Positions 1-7,216 of a DNA stretch of 38,666 nt are shown piece after piece. The notes under the pieces were generated by a model. It made no database searches, was not told the DNA's origin, and saw only the letters and a list, made by a program, of their open reading frames with translations. The DNA lies in the IMG/VR virus record IMGVR_UViG_3300045988_063822. One strand, given 5' to 3'. How positions within the stretch are numbered: the stretch's first letter is position 1; each line of letters opens with the position of its first letter. The translations under genes and the position numbers were made by a program. Source of the DNA: a virus.

Positions 1-85
1 GGGTAAATTATGACGCCACAGAGGAAACCAAAATTGAGCTAATGTCTGGTATTTCTACCGTTGGATTGTATTATGGCAAAAAAAC
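1..85. repeat. Terminal overlap copy 1, identical to 38582-38666. This is a circular or complete-contig signature; the genome unit is 38581 bp.
   Basis: Read directly: both ends read gggtaaattatgacgccacagaggaaacc...ttatggcaaaaaaac. The repeat lies inside an ORF that stays in frame across the junction. Confidence 0.9.
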
Positions 86-701
86 AGAATCTTCGCAAAT
101 AGTAACTGCGGATGATATGTTGCGCATAACTGTTAATGCTTGGACTTGTGGCGTATATACATCCCTAAGAAAGATATTGATTGAATTTGCAACGAGTGGT
201 AGCACTAACGATTTTGTTAAAATAGAGTCAGCCACTATTGGTGACCAAGAAACATTTACTGTTGTAGGTACCTATAATGTTTCTGGGAATAGTGGATGGA
301 ACTCGATACCTTATTCGAATAATTTGGGGGCGTATTCACTAAACCAGACTTCTAATGTTGGAGTATTACGGTTTACTTTTTCAACCAGTACTGCTAGTAG
401 TTATCGAGGTAGACCGTATGTTCAAAATCTAATACTAAATGGGATTACTAATTATGTTAATCCAAGCAAGCTATCAGCTACGGGACATCTGTATTCATAC
501 GATTATCAACAAAATGCAATGTTCCCAGCTAATGTAACTGCTGAAAAATTTATTGGTGATGGGTCAAAATTAACCAATATTCCTTATCCACCAAAAGAGC
601 TTCCGAATGTCACCACCGCTGACAATGGAAAGTTCTTGCGTGTTGTGTCCGGCGCATGGGCCGCTGCGGAGATTGCAAACGCAAACGGAGGTAGCTTCTG
701 A
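1..701 (+). CDS. Tail fibre / receptor-binding protein, 3' part. The ORF starts at 38188 and continues across the circular junction; full length is about 364 aa.
   Basis: The frame of ORF 42..701 matches ATG 38188 once 38581 is subtracted. It is the last gene of the tail module. The C-terminal domain is AT-rich. Stop codon at 699-701. Confidence 0.7.
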   Translation, partial: VNYDATEETKIELMSGISTVGLYYGKKTESSQIVTADDMLRITVNAWTCGVYTSLRKILIEFATSGSTNDFVKIESATIGDQETFTVVGTYNVSGNSGWNSIPYSNNLGAYSLNQTSNVGVLRFTFSTSTASSYRGRPYVQNLILNGITNYVNPSKLSATGHLYSYDYQQNAMFPANVTAEKFIGDGSKLTNIPYPPKELPNVTTADNGKFLRVVSGAWAAAEIANANGGSF

Positions 702-2080
702 TGGCTGAATATCTAACAAACACAACCGACCTGACAAAGGTTGCCGCAGCTATCCGGGAGAAAGGCGGCACATCTGACCCACTGGTCTACCCGGACGGAT
801 TTGTGACGGCTATTGGGAACATTCAGACTGGAGGCACTACACCCGGCGCACCCGGAGACATTACATTCTACGACTATGATGGCACGATTGTCACGTCTTG
901 GACGTTGGAAGAACTGGCAACAAAGACAGCGCTGCCAGATTATCCATCGCATGAGGGGCTTATCTGTCAGGGCTGGAACTGGTCGCTTGCCGACCTCAAG
1001 ACCACAAATCGCAAGATGAATGTCGGCGCAATGTATATCACGGACGACGGCAAAACCAGAATCTACATCCGTCTGGAAGAAGGGCGCACATCCCCAATGC
1101 TTGGCGTTTGTCCGAATGGCACAGTCACGGTTGATTGGGGCGATGGAACCACGCCGGATACATTGACGGGTACAAGCACATCCACGGTAAAATGGACACC
1201 AAATCATGCTTATGCCGCAGCGGGCGAGTATGTGATCAAGTTGACAGTTGATGGGACGATGGGATTTTACGGTGGCTTTGTTTTCTCTGTGGGTGGCGCA
1301 ATTCTTCTGTATTCATCTAATGTTTCAGACAATCGTAATTATGTTTATAGAAACAGTGTTCAGAAAATTGAGATTGGAAGTGGTGTAACAAGTATTGGAG
1401 ACTATGCTTTCAGCCCTTGTTATTCTCTTGCATCAATCACAATTCCTGATAGTGTAACAAGTATTGGAAACCATACTTTCAATTACTGTTATTCTCTTGC
1501 ATCAATCACAATTCCTGATAGTGTAACAAGTATTGGAACCTATGCTTTCCGTTACAATTATTCTCTTGCATCAATCACAATTCCTAATGGTGTAACAAGT
1601 ATTGGAGAAGGTACATGCAATTACTGTTATTCTCTTGCATCAATCACAATTCCTGATAGTGTAACAAGTATTGGATTCGCCGCATTCGAGAGTTGTTATT
1701 CTCTTGCATCAATCACAATACCGAATAGCGTGACAAGTATTAGTGCGCAGACATTTTACAACTGTTATTCTCTTGCATCAATCACAATTCCTGATGGTGT
1801 AACAAGTATTGGAAACCATGCTTTCAATAGTTGTTATTCTCTTGCATCAATCACAATTCCTAATGGTGTAACAAGTATTGGAGACTATGTATTCAATTAC
1901 TGTTATAGTGTAGCTTTTTATGATTTCACAGATTACACATCTGTCCCGACACTAGCAAACACCAATGCGTTTACCAATATCTCAGTTGACTGTCAAATCC
2001 GCGTTCCAGCGTCGCTTGTCGATGAATGGAAAGCAGCTACAAACTGGTCGACATACGCGAGCCATATCGTGGGGGTGTAA
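701..2080 (+). CDS. Tail-associated leucine-rich-repeat protein: fibre-like N-terminus, a Listeria-Bacteroides-repeat-like segment, a PKD-like segment and 8 BspA-type LRR_5 repeats.
   Basis: ATGA overlap with the previous stop. Motifs seen: HEGLICQGWNW, DWGDGTTPD...HAYAAAGEYVIKLTV (PKD-like), and 8 copies of SIGxxxFxxCYSLASITIPxxVT. Confidence 0.8.
   Translation: MAEYLTNTTDLTKVAAAIREKGGTSDPLVYPDGFVTAIGNIQTGGTTPGAPGDITFYDYDGTIVTSWTLEELATKTALPDYPSHEGLICQGWNWSLADLKTTNRKMNVGAMYITDDGKTRIYIRLEEGRTSPMLGVCPNGTVTVDWGDGTTPDTLTGTSTSTVKWTPNHAYAAAGEYVIKLTVDGTMGFYGGFVFSVGGAILLYSSNVSDNRNYVYRNSVQKIEIGSGVTSIGDYAFSPCYSLASITIPDSVTSIGNHTFNYCYSLASITIPDSVTSIGTYAFRYNYSLASITIPNGVTSIGEGTCNYCYSLASITIPDSVTSIGFAAFESCYSLASITIPNSVTSISAQTFYNCYSLASITIPDGVTSIGNHAFNSCYSLASITIPNGVTSIGDYVFNYCYSVAFYDFTDYTSVPTLANTNAFTNISVDCQIRVPASLVDEWKAATNWSTYASHIVGV
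1382..1933. repeat. Tandem array of 8 x 69 bp (23-codon LRR units). The scaffold parts are near-identical and each unit has a variable core of about 20 nt.
   Basis: The strings tgttattctcttgcatcaatcacaattcct and gtgtaacaagtattgga recur with a 69-bp period. The segment between them differs in every unit. Confidence 0.9.
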
Positions 2081-2082
2081 TT

Positions 2083-2331
2083 ATGATTCAAAAAGAATTT
2101 TATGTACAGCGTAAGGACGGTGTAAAGCTATATCGTACCTATTCCGATGCGGGAATGATGATTCGGCAGAATGAGACTGGTGTGGAATATGCAGAGGCCA
2201 TTGATGTGGAAAACGCGGCATACACCTATACAGAGACGGAAACGCCAATCGAAACGCCGGAGATGACTACAGAAGAACGTTTGCAAGACGCTGAGACGGC
2301 ACTAGGAATCATGTTTGGGGAGGCGGAATGA
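2083..2331 (+). CDS. Hypothetical protein (82 aa).
   Basis: ATG 3 nt after the stop of the LRR gene. The next gene is coupled by an ATGA overlap. Confidence 0.55.
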   Translation: MIQKEFYVQRKDGVKLYRTYSDAGMMIRQNETGVEYAEAIDVENAAYTYTETETPIETPEMTTEERLQDAETALGIMFGEAE

Positions 2332-2783
2332 TGACATATACAGAAAGAGCTAGAGCACTACGGCCCTATATCGTCAAGGCTTCAGCCAGTCTGACGGATG
2401 CAGACGCGCTAAAGGCAATGGAGCTTTACCGACGCTGGGAACCCAATCTGGTCATCAAAGCGGGCGACCGACTTGTTTTCCCGGTCAATGGCACGGACAG
2501 GCTGTTCCGCGTCAACGAAGGACAGGCGCACACGACGCAGGAAGGTTGGGAGCCGGACAAGACACCGGCGATGTTTACCGTCATCGACGAGACCCACGCG
2601 GGCACACAGGACGACCCCATTCCAGCCGCAAAAGGCATGGAGTACACCTACGGACTTTACTACACAGACCCGGAGGACGGCAAGCTCTACCGCTGCGAAC
2701 GGACGGGCGAGCAGCCGGGCGGCAAGGTGACGCTTCAGTTCCTGCCTCATGAGCTGGTGGGGCTGTATTTTACCGAAGTATAA
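2328..2783 (+). CDS. Hypothetical protein with two CBM5/12-like (chitin-binding type 3-like) motifs.
   Basis: The pattern W..N..IKAGDRLVF..NG..FRVNEGQAHTTQEGWEPDKTPAMF resembles the W..G..Y..GD.V.Y.G..Y.C.Q.HTS..GWEP...PALW signature. A second, degenerate copy follows (GKLYRCERTG). Confidence 0.5.
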   Translation: MMTYTERARALRPYIVKASASLTDADALKAMELYRRWEPNLVIKAGDRLVFPVNGTDRLFRVNEGQAHTTQEGWEPDKTPAMFTVIDETHAGTQDDPIPAAKGMEYTYGLYYTDPEDGKLYRCERTGEQPGGKVTLQFLPHELVGLYFTEV

Positions 2784-2795
2784 AGGAGAAAAGAG

Positions 2796-3092
2796 ATGGA
2801 CGATGGAATTCAGGCAAAGATCGTGGAGATCGACCAGCGATCCAAGAGCAACACGCACCGCATCAACGACCTAGAGGAGGACAACCGGGCGCTGCATCAG
2901 CTGGCGACCTCGGTAGAGGTGCTAGCGACGAAGCAGGAGACGATTGAAGCCAATGTCAGCGAGATCAAGGACGACGTGAAGAGCCTCAAGGCCATTCCGG
3001 GCGGGAAATGGGAGGCACTGGTCAAGGCGGTCGTGACGGCCATTGTAGGGGCGCTGGTCGGATTTGCGCTGGCTCATGCGGGGATCGTATGA
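2796..3092 (+). CDS. xhlA: XhlA-like haemolysin / lysis-associated membrane protein.
   Basis: RBS aaaggag. Coiled-coil N-terminus plus a single C-terminal TM segment (AVVTAIVGALVGFALAHAGIV). It sits directly upstream of the holin and amidase, as in PBSX-type lysis cassettes. Confidence 0.6.
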   Translation: MDDGIQAKIVEIDQRSKSNTHRINDLEEDNRALHQLATSVEVLATKQETIEANVSEIKDDVKSLKAIPGGKWEALVKAVVTAIVGALVGFALAHAGIV

Positions 3093-3349
3093 TGGAGACT
3101 TCGAAGAAGCTGCTGATTGGCAGCGCGGCGGCAAGCGTCGTTTGCATTATCCTGAATGTGCTCGGCGTGCTGAGTGTGGAGGTCACGTTGGCAGTCATCG
3201 GATTTGCGACGGCGATTGGGATGTTTTACCTGTGGAAGGCCAAGAACGAGAACCGCAGCAAATACGCAATCAAGTACATCGAGAGCCTGCCGGAGACGTA
3301 TACGGCAGAGGAAAAGGCACGGTTTTTGGAGATCGTGCTGAAGGACTGA
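3089..3349 (+). CDS. Small membrane protein with two predicted TM segments; possible holin-like or lysis accessory protein.
   Basis: ATG overlaps the upstream stop. Hydrophobic stretches LLIGSAAASVVCIILNVLGVL and VTLAVIGFATAIGMFYLW. Confidence 0.5.
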   Translation: MMETSKKLLIGSAAASVVCIILNVLGVLSVEVTLAVIGFATAIGMFYLWKAKNENRSKYAIKYIESLPETYTAEEKARFLEIVLKD

Positions 3350-3361
3350 AAGGAGCAAACT

Positions 3362-3679
3362 ATGGACTACACAGAAATCATTTCGGCGGTGATTGCGCTG
3401 ATCTCGGCGCTGGTGTCGGCATTTTTGATCCCGTGGATCAAGGAGCGCGTCGGCGCGGACAAGCTCAAAAAGTGGCAGGCGTATGTGGAGATCGCGGTAA
3501 GGGCGGCGGAGCAGCTTTACAATGCCAACGAGGGCGCTGAGAAAAAGGCGTATGTGCTGCACTACCTCGCCGAGAGAGGCATCAAGTTTGATTCTGATAC
3601 CGTGGATAAAATGATCGAATCTGCGGTGCTGACGCTCCACCATGAGCTTTACGGAGGCGCAAATGGCACTGAAAATTAA
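3362..3679 (+). CDS. Phage holin, LL-H family-like.
   Basis: RBS aaaggag. N-terminal TM segment (IISAVIALISALVSAFLIPWI) followed by KLKKWQAYVEIAVRAAEQLY...KKAYVLHYLAERGI...IESAV, the typical LL-H holin layout. Confidence 0.65.
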   Translation: MDYTEIISAVIALISALVSAFLIPWIKERVGADKLKKWQAYVEIAVRAAEQLYNANEGAEKKAYVLHYLAERGIKFDSDTVDKMIESAVLTLHHELYGGANGTEN

Positions 3680-4343
3680 CGATACCATCCGGGCAACGAG
3701 AGTGGGCGGGCGGCGTCCGCTCTCGGCCATCCGTGCAATCGTGTTTCACTACACGGCGAACACCGGCCTGCACGCGACGGCGCTCGGGAACGCGCGGTAT
3801 TTCGCGAACGGCAGCGAGGGACGCGCTGCTTCGGCACATTTCGTGGTTGACGAAAGCGATACCGTTTATCAGTGTGTGCCGCTGGAGGTGGTTGCGTGGG
3901 CGGTTGGCGACGGCAGGAGCGGCAAATACGGCAAGGTGTACGGCAACTACAACACCGTCAGTATCGAGATGGTGAGCCACACAGATGCTTCCGGCAAGTA
4001 TTACATCCCGGAGGCGACGATGAAAAACGCGGCGCGTCTGTATCAAATGCTGTTGAAGCAGCTGCCGGGCGTGCAGGCCGCAATCCGACATTATGACATT
4101 TCGATGAAACTGTGTCCGCTGCCGCTGATTGACGAAAAGAAATGGGAGGACTTTAAGAAGCTCTTGGAGGAGGTGGACGAAGTGGTCACGAAAGCAAAGA
4201 TGATCATCAACGGCAAGGAGATCGAGGTCGAACGGATTTTGAAGGACGGCACGAATTACATCAAAATTCGGGACATCGCAAAGGCGCTCGAACTGGATGT
4301 GTCGAATAAGGGGAACATTCCCATTTTGAATCATAAGCAGTAG
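3663..4343 (+). CDS. Endolysin: N-acetylmuramoyl-L-alanine amidase (Amidase_2/PGRP type) with a C-terminal copper-amine-oxidase-N-like wall-binding domain.
   Basis: GGAGG lies 6 nt upstream of ATG 3663; there is an alternative ATG at 3642. Motifs IVFHYTAN, AHFVVDE, AWAVGD, SIEMV. C-terminal INGKEIEVERILKDGTNYIKIRDIAKALEL. Confidence 0.85.
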   Translation: MALKINDTIRATRVGGRRPLSAIRAIVFHYTANTGLHATALGNARYFANGSEGRAASAHFVVDESDTVYQCVPLEVVAWAVGDGRSGKYGKVYGNYNTVSIEMVSHTDASGKYYIPEATMKNAARLYQMLLKQLPGVQAAIRHYDISMKLCPLPLIDEKKWEDFKKLLEEVDEVVTKAKMIINGKEIEVERILKDGTNYIKIRDIAKALELDVSNKGNIPILNHKQ

Positions 4344-4368
4344 CGCTCCGTGTGCCGCGCCACCCGGA

Positions 4369-4638
4369 TTGGAGGTGGTGACGATCAGCGCGAGGGTGCG
4401 GATTCCGGAAGACTTGACCGGCCTGCTGCAAGGCGAGTGGGAGCAGATAATATCTCAGGCAGGCTACAGTGAGCAGGACGCGGAGATCGTCCGGCGCTAT
4501 GTCATGGACAAGACACCGCAAATTGACGTCGCGGTGGAGCTTGACATGGCGCGGAGCACGATCACCCGCAGACTGCCGCAGATCTACGCACGAGCGCGGC
4601 ACACGGCAGCAAAGCTGCAAATGATAAAAACTAAATGA
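4369..4638 (+). CDS. Small sigma-70 region-4-like HTH DNA-binding protein. The start codon is uncertain (TTG 4369 or GTG 4375/4378).
   Basis: YSEQDAEIVRRYVMDKTPQIDVAVELDMARSTITRRLPQIYARAR resembles region 4 of ECF-type sigma factors. Confidence 0.45.
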   Translation: MEVVTISARVRIPEDLTGLLQGEWEQIISQAGYSEQDAEIVRRYVMDKTPQIDVAVELDMARSTITRRLPQIYARARHTAAKLQMIKTK

Positions 4639-4668
4639 TGCACACTAGATATTGAGCAAAACGATACG

Positions 4669-4704
4669 CCCCGGCAGGAGAAATCCTGTCGGGGGTGATT
4701 TTTA
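4669..4704. terminator. Bidirectional hairpin terminator between the convergent late operon and the toxN-like gene.
   Basis: Stem ccccggcagg (4669-4678) pairs with cctgtcgggg (4685-4694) with one G-U pair, followed by a T-run at 4699-4704. Confidence 0.6.
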
Positions 4705-5205
4705 TTGCTTTTGGCTTTTGCCTCGGGAAGGGTCATACGCTGCGCATGCTTGCTCCAATGCTTTGAAATCGCAGGATATTTTACAAAGAAAGGCGTTACC
4801 CTTATTCACAACGGAAAAGTATGTATGGGCAGCGCGATCCATAATATCTGCCTTATGTTTGTTGCATTGTGCAATCTGATTCAAAAGAAGTGCGCGGTAC
4901 TTGGGATCTGATTCTTCCGCGATATTATAGCGGACAATGGCCGCATCGTGGACAGGAATCATATTGTTAAATCCAAGAAGTCCAAGTTTACCACCACTAA
5001 GTTTCAGATAATGCTTCCCGGGTTTCATTTTTTCGTGATTCGGTTTCGGAGACTCCATCGGAACGAAATAACGGAATTCGCCCACCAGCAGAACTACACC
5101 AACGTACGGTCGACGCTGCCCTTTGTTGAATGGGACACGGTAATCGCGAGAGTGCATGAACCGGATATAGTGGTCTGAGATTCTGCAAATGAAAAGATTC
5201 TCCAT
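4702..5205 (-). CDS. toxN: ToxN/AbiQ-family endoribonuclease toxin (type III toxin-antitoxin / abortive infection).
   Basis: The 167-aa product reads FICRISDHYIRFM..RDYRVP....RRPYVGVVLLVGEFRYFVPMESPKPNH...LGLLGFNNMIPV. This aligns by eye with ToxN (FYTISSKYIEYLKEFDDKVP...AFIGIVLEIQGHKYLAPLTSPKKWH...LGLINLKFMIPI). It is preceded by a repeat array and a terminator. Confidence 0.8.
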   Translation of the reverse strand: MENLFICRISDHYIRFMHSRDYRVPFNKGQRRPYVGVVLLVGEFRYFVPMESPKPNHEKMKPGKHYLKLSGGKLGLLGFNNMIPVHDAAIVRYNIAEESDPKYRALLLNQIAQCNKHKADIMDRAAHTYFSVVNKGNAFLCKISCDFKALEQACAAYDPSRGKSQKQ

Positions 5206-5220
5206 ATTTCGACCTTTCCG

Positions 5221-5258
5221 GGAGAAAAAGGCGAGGCGGAGGACAATCTCCGCCTCGC
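5221..5258 (-). terminator. Rho-independent-type hairpin between the repeat array and the toxin gene.
   Basis: gcgaggcggag (5231-5241) and ctccgcctcgc (5248-5258) form an 11-bp stem. On the minus strand the stem is followed by CTTTTTC (5230-5224). Confidence 0.7.
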
Positions 5259-5274
5259 TTTTAGGTGCCCGTGT

Positions 5275-5396
5275 TTTTCAGTTTCCTACTTAACGGCAAG
5301 GAATTTCCGCTTTTTTCATTTCCTACTTAACGGCAAGGAGTTTCCGCTTTTTTGATTCCCTATTTTACGGCAAGGGGTTTCCGCTTTCACGAGCGG
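5275..5396 (-). ncRNA. ToxI-like antitoxin RNA precursor: 3 tandem 37-nt repeats plus partial flanking units.
   Basis: Minus strand reads GCGGAAACCCCTTGCCGTAAAATAGGGAATCAAAAAA / GCGGAAACTCCTTGCCGTTAAGTAGGAAATGAAAAAA / GCGGAAATTCCTTGCCGTTAAGTAGGAAACTGAAAAA. In plus coordinates the units span 5348-5384, 5311-5347 and about 5274-5310. Confidence 0.75.
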
Positions 5397-5454
5397 TGAT
5401 GAACAGGACGATGAATGATGTTCAATCACTATATCTTGCGGATTTCTCCGCATC

Positions 5455-5486
5455 CATAGTATTACATCTTTTCGGTCAAATGTCAA
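5455..5486 (-). promoter_or_regulatory. Candidate sigma-70-type promoter for the repeat-toxin transcript.
   Basis: Minus strand reads TTGACA (5486-5481), a 17-nt spacer containing a TG, then AATACT. It lies about 50 nt upstream of the first repeat. Confidence 0.4.
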
Positions 5487-5574
5487 TAAACCAGAACAAA
5501 TATTTTCAAAAATCGAACACCTGTTCGCGCTCGCGGACACCTAAATACACCGCATAGATTTACGCGAAAAATGG

Positions 5575-5614
5575 ATGCGTCAGAAATGCTACATAAATGC
5601 GTCACTCATGCTAC
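5575..5614. promoter_or_regulatory. Two tandem 22-bp imperfect direct repeats in the divergent intergenic region; candidate regulator binding sites.
   Basis: ATGCGTCAgaaATGCTAC at 5575-5592 and ATGCGTCActcATGCTAC at 5597-5614. Confidence 0.4.
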
Positions 5615-5699
5615 CCTCGCGCGTCCCTTAGAAATTTGAAATCCCTCATACTGAACGTAGGAACTGGCCGGTTCACTACATTTTTTGGAGGGAAACTCT

Positions 5700-6263
5700 A
5701 TGGAATACGCAAGCAACGGCAAGGCCAATGCGGCCCTGACCACTGGCATCATCGGCACGGCGGGCGTCGGCCTCGGCCTGCTGGGCAATCTGCTCGGCGG
5801 AGGCTGGGGTGTAAATCCGGCTGCGGTGGCTGCGGGGTGCAGCGAGAACACGCCGGTCACACGCTATGAGCTTGATCGTGAGCAGCAGCTCGCGCAGAAG
5901 GACAGCGAGATCGCGCTGCTCAAGGCCAACACCTACAACGATCAGAAGTCGCTGGAGATGTACGCTTACATCGACGGCCAGCTCAAGGACATCCGTAAGT
6001 CGATCTGCGATCAGGCGGTACACAACCAGCGCACCGAGGACAGCTTCGTCCTTGCCCGTCAGGACATTGCATCGGTCAAGTCCGAGCTGCACCGCGAGAT
6101 CGAGATGGAGGCCGAACGGCGCTGCTGCGGCGACAACTCGATTGTCACCTACGCCAATGCGACCTTTTATCCCAAGCAGGTCGCCGACGTCACGACCGGA
6201 ACCGCAACGACGGCACAGACGCTTTACAATCCGCTCCCGAAGTGCGGCTGCTGCAACAAGTAA
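5700..6263 (+). CDS. Hypothetical accessory protein: Gly-rich hydrophobic N-terminus, coiled coil, Cys-rich C-terminus (CGCCNK).
   Basis: RBS ggaggg lies 7 nt upstream of ATG 5700. No family recognised. Confidence 0.6.
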   Translation: MEYASNGKANAALTTGIIGTAGVGLGLLGNLLGGGWGVNPAAVAAGCSENTPVTRYELDREQQLAQKDSEIALLKANTYNDQKSLEMYAYIDGQLKDIRKSICDQAVHNQRTEDSFVLARQDIASVKSELHREIEMEAERRCCGDNSIVTYANATFYPKQVADVTTGTATTAQTLYNPLPKCGCCNK

Positions 6264-6269
6264 ACGCAA

Positions 6270-6289
6270 GGGGCGGCAATAGCCGCCCC
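6270..6289 (+). other. GC-rich stem-loop after the 5700-6263 gene; the T-tract is weak.
   Basis: ggggcggc / gccgcccc stem with a 4-nt loop (aata). Confidence 0.35.
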
Positions 6290-6311
6290 GCCTTAAAATG
6301 GAGGTAACCTT

Positions 6312-6650
6312 ATGGTGACAATAGATCAGGCCATGCGCGGCGTGGCGCAGTATGCCGACAATGAGATCATACCACATCTTCCGACCGGCAAGGGCATTGG
6401 CGCCGGGATTGCGCTGGCGCTCATCATAGACGGCGGCAAGAGCCGCATCCTCGCGCTCAAGGATCACCCGGCAGTGCAGATGATGGGCATTATGGATGAG
6501 GATGGCAACATTGATCTCGACCGGCTTTACAACGCCGCGAGGGTGCGCGTGGACGGAAAGAAGATCCCACTGACCATTCCGGCCATTGGGGAGCTGCGGT
6601 TCGATGTGAACGATGTCGACCGGCTTTACAAATACATTCAGGAGGCGTGA
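6312..6650 (+). CDS. Hypothetical protein (112 aa).
   Basis: RBS ggagg upstream of ATG 6312. No family recognised. Confidence 0.55.
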   Translation: MVTIDQAMRGVAQYADNEIIPHLPTGKGIGAGIALALIIDGGKSRILALKDHPAVQMMGIMDEDGNIDLDRLYNAARVRVDGKKIPLTIPAIGELRFDVNDVDRLYKYIQEA

Positions 6651-6651
6651 T

Positions 6652-7131
6652 ATGGGAAAAGAGCATTATATCGAAGAACTGAAACGGCAGATGCATGAGA
6701 TCATGGAGCGCCAGGTGACGCTTGGCCGCGCGGAAGAAATCACGGTGTATGCGGATGCCATTTGTGCGCTGCACAAACTGGACGATGACCATTTTCGTGA
6801 GTCCACGAAAATGATGGAATTCACCCGCGAGGATGCCGAAAAGTGGGTATCGCACATGGAGAACGAGGACGGCACGACCGGCGCACACTGGACAATGGAG
6901 CAGACGGACGCTGTGGCCAATATCACAGGTGTTCATGCGAAGTCCTGCGTCTGGTGGGCGGCAATGAACATGATGTACTCGGACTATTACGGTGTGGCTG
7001 CCAAGTACGGCCTTGACCGGCCGGAGTTCTACGCCGACCTCGCCAAAGCGTTCCTCATGGATAAGGACGCCGGCGGAGCGGAGGAAAAAATGGATGGGTA
7101 TTATCATGGGGTTGTGCTGAGAGAAAAATGA
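6652..7131 (+). CDS. Hypothetical protein (159 aa).
   Basis: RBS ggagg lies 6 nt upstream of ATG 6652, 1 nt after the upstream stop. No family recognised. Confidence 0.55.
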   Translation: MGKEHYIEELKRQMHEIMERQVTLGRAEEITVYADAICALHKLDDDHFRESTKMMEFTREDAEKWVSHMENEDGTTGAHWTMEQTDAVANITGVHAKSCVWWAAMNMMYSDYYGVAAKYGLDRPEFYADLAKAFLMDKDAGGAEEKMDGYYHGVVLREK

Positions 7132-7216
7132 CGTTTCGCATTATAATATTTTGGTTTATGCGCAACATATTGCGCAACAAAGCTCAAAAATATACTGATT
7201 TTCAATTATAAATTAC

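Noticed and set aside
42-701. ORF 42-701 as an independent 219-aa gene.
   Set aside because: The reading frame is open upstream to position 1 and is continuous with the ORF starting at 38188 across the circular junction. No RBS precedes ATG 42.
1382-1933. Possibility that the LRR hypervariability is produced by a diversity-generating retroelement, or that the regular repeats form a CRISPR array.
   Set aside because: No reverse transcriptase ORF and no template repeat copy exist anywhere in the genome. The variable positions show no adenine-specific pattern. The repeats are in frame within a continuous ORF and have no spacer-like unique segments of CRISPR size.
5316-5540. 74-aa minus-strand ORF overlapping the 37-nt repeats.
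   Set aside because: Its reading frame simply runs through the tandem RNA repeats and the promoter region. There is no RBS. The repeat, terminator and toxN layout explains this DNA better as a non-coding antitoxin RNA.
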